64,000 bases of DNA from Felis catus (Eukaryota): contig NC_058377.1 of assembly GCF_018350175.1 (NCBI RefSeq), forward strand, positions 61,194,001 to 61,258,000, written 5' to 3'. Positions 62,041 to 64,000 of this stretch are shown in pieces. Every line of letters starts with the position of its first letter. Position 1 is the stretch's first letter. Made by a program: the position numbers and the translations under genes. Below the pieces are notes generated by a model, which made no database searches, was not told where the DNA came from, and saw nothing but the letters and a program-made list of their open reading frames with translations.

Positions 62041-62340
62041 ATCATAGAACAACATTTTGAAAGTCATACTGGTCCCACTGGTCCCATAATAAACAGCCTC
62101 GCCGCCGCCCCCCACCATGCGTTCTTTTTTTTTTAATTTTTATTTATTATTTAAAAAAATTGTTTTCAGATGCTGAACAGTATTTTATTTATGCTGCCAA
62201 AAATGCTAGACCTTAAAAATCAGTCCTCATTTTTGTCTTCAAATTAAAAAAAGGTAAGAAGATAACCAATTTTTAATAGTATGTTATATATTACCATGTT
62301 AATACACTCTATTCAGTACTCAAAGTACTGAAGAATATGG

Positions 62341-63400
62341 ATTTATTTATTTATTTCTGATATATTTATTGTCAAATTGGCTAACATACAGTGTGTAAAG
62401 TGTGCTCTTGGTTTTTGGGCTAGATGCCCATGGCTCATCGCTTACATACAACACCCAGTGCTTATCCCAACAAGTGCCCTCCTCAATGCCCATCACCCAT
62501 TTTCCCTTCTCCCCCACCACCCCATCAACCGTCACATTATTCTCTGCACTTAAGTGTCTTTTATGGTTTGCCTCCCTCCCTCTCTCATTGTAACTATTTT
62601 TTCCCCTTCCCTTCCCCCATGGTCCGTCTTCTGTTAAGTTTCTCAAGTTCCATATGAGTGAAAACATACCATATCTGTCTTTCTCTGACTGACTTATTTC
62701 ACTCAGCATAATACTTTCCAGTTCCATCCACATTGCTGTAAATGGCATGATTTCATTCTTTCTCATTGCCAAGTAGTATTCCATTGTATATACAAACCAC
62801 ATCTTTATCCATTCATCAGTTGATTTGGGTTCTTTCCATAATATGGCTATTGTTGAAAGTGCTGCTATAAACATTGGGGTACATGTAGCCCTATGGATCA
62901 GCACTCTTGTGTCCTTTGGATGAATTCCTACTAGTGCTATTGCTGGGTCGTAGGGTAGTTCTATTTTTAATTTTTTGAGGCACCTCCACACTCTTTTCCA
63001 GAGCGGCTGTACCAGTTTGCATTCCTACCAACAGTGCCAGAGGATTCCCCTTTCTCCACATCCTGACTAGCATCTGTTGTTTCCTGAGTTGTTCATTTTA
63101 GCCATACTGACCAGTGTGAGGTGGTATCTCAGTGTGGTTTTGATTTGTATTTTCCTGATACTGAGTGACATTGAGCATCATTTCATGTGTCTGTTGGCCA
63201 TGTGGATGTCTTCTTTGGAAAAGTGTCTATTCATGTCTACTGCCCATTTCTTCAGTGGATTATTTGTTTTTTCGGGTGTTGACTTTGGCAAGTTCTTTAT
63301 AGATTTTGGATTCTAACCCTTTATCCAATATGTCATTTGCAAATATCTTTTCCCATTCCATGGTTGCTTTTTGGTTTTGGTGACATTTAGTTTTGTTGAT
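62341..63400 (-). mobile_element. 5'-truncated carnivore L1 (ORF2 C-terminus plus 3'UTR)
   Basis: Translation [44 protein letters not shown] is the ORF2 C-terminus; 3'UTR gaggagggcacttgttgggataagcactgggtgttgtatg. Confidence 0.95.
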
Positions 63401-63464
63401 ATTTTGAAAGTCATACTGGTCCCATAATAAACAGCCTTATCCCCCCTCCCATACACACATGCTT

Positions 63465-63592
63465 TCTTCTTTTTATTTTTATTTATTTTTAATTTTTAAT
63501 GTTTAGTTTTGAGAGAGAGATTGACAGAGTGTGAGCAAGGGAGGGGAGGGGCAGAGAGAGGGGGAGACACAGAATATGAAGCAGACTCTAGG
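63465..63592 (-). mobile_element. CAN-SINE, 3' half only
   Basis: Tail and gggcagagaga..gacacagaatatgaagcagactc; head missing. Confidence 0.85.
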
Positions 63593-63614
63593 TCTTTTGC
63601 TCTACCCACTTATA

Positions 63615-64000
63615 CATTGGGGGAGTTCTCAGGACCCAAGATCTCAACCACCAACCAATGTCAGATTCTTGACTTCGCTGGAGAAAGAATTCAAAGACGA
63701 GTTAGAATAAAGTATAAGCATAAGATTTATTACAATGCAAAAGTACACACTCCCAAAGTGGAAGTGTGGGAAAACTCAGAAAATCCAAGTGATGCCAAGT
63801 GGATGTCAGGCTCTGATGCGTATGGGAGGTTGTCCTTTGGGGACTAAATATTCCCATGGGGTTCTGGGAATAGCAGGGGATATCTAGGAACTCTACATAG
63901 CATTACGCATGCTCTATGGTCGGTACTATGCAGAGGCAAATTTTGCTCTTGCGGATACTCCATATGTGGCCAGGACCTACTAGGAGTCTTCTGGCATTCC
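63615..64000 (-). mobile_element. Probable ERV LTR running off the window end
   Basis: gattcttgacttcgc..aaagaattcaaagacgag..agatttatta..gcaaagtacacactc resembles the reverse strand of ERV1-type LTR U5/R, with a reversed AATAAA. Confidence 0.55.

Noticed and set aside
1-64000. Globin, TRIM or USP17 genes known to lie within mammalian class I OR clusters; also CRISPR arrays or prokaryotic systems
   Set aside because: No matching coding motifs in any listed frame; the sequence is mammalian and has no repeat-spacer array

Overview
AT-rich mammalian genomic DNA from a feliform carnivore, most likely a felid, judged from the SINEC_Fc-type CAN-SINEs and L1_Fc-type 3' ends. The window is part of the class I olfactory receptor (OR51/OR52) cluster. 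It holds five intact single-coding-exon OR genes: two OR52 paralogues on minus (7066-8010, 22249-23193), an OR52A-related gene on plus (35659-36609), and two OR51 genes (49821-50753 plus, 54922-55881 minus). There is also one frameshifted OR52 pseudogene (46204-47127 minus). The rest is about 27 CAN-SINEs, L1 fragments, MIR/L2, two LTRs, an ERVL pol fossil, microsatellites and four assembly gaps. The most notable signals are five. (1) An orphan GC/CpG-rich CCAAT/Sp1/STAT promoter at about 41.4-41.85 kb with a GC-type splice donor, plus a chain of minus-strand splice sites suggesting a spliced transcript antisense to one OR and heading toward two others. (2) A tandem homeodomain plus O/E promoter array and a separate 7x TAATGA multimer at the OR52A-like gene. 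(3) A probable gene-conversion tract between the OR52 paralogues. (4) A YCEH to YCEF ligand-pocket change in three OR52s. (5) An L1 with a probable 3' transduction or very long target-site duplication. All splice, promoter and repeat-subfamily calls were made by eye and are unverified.
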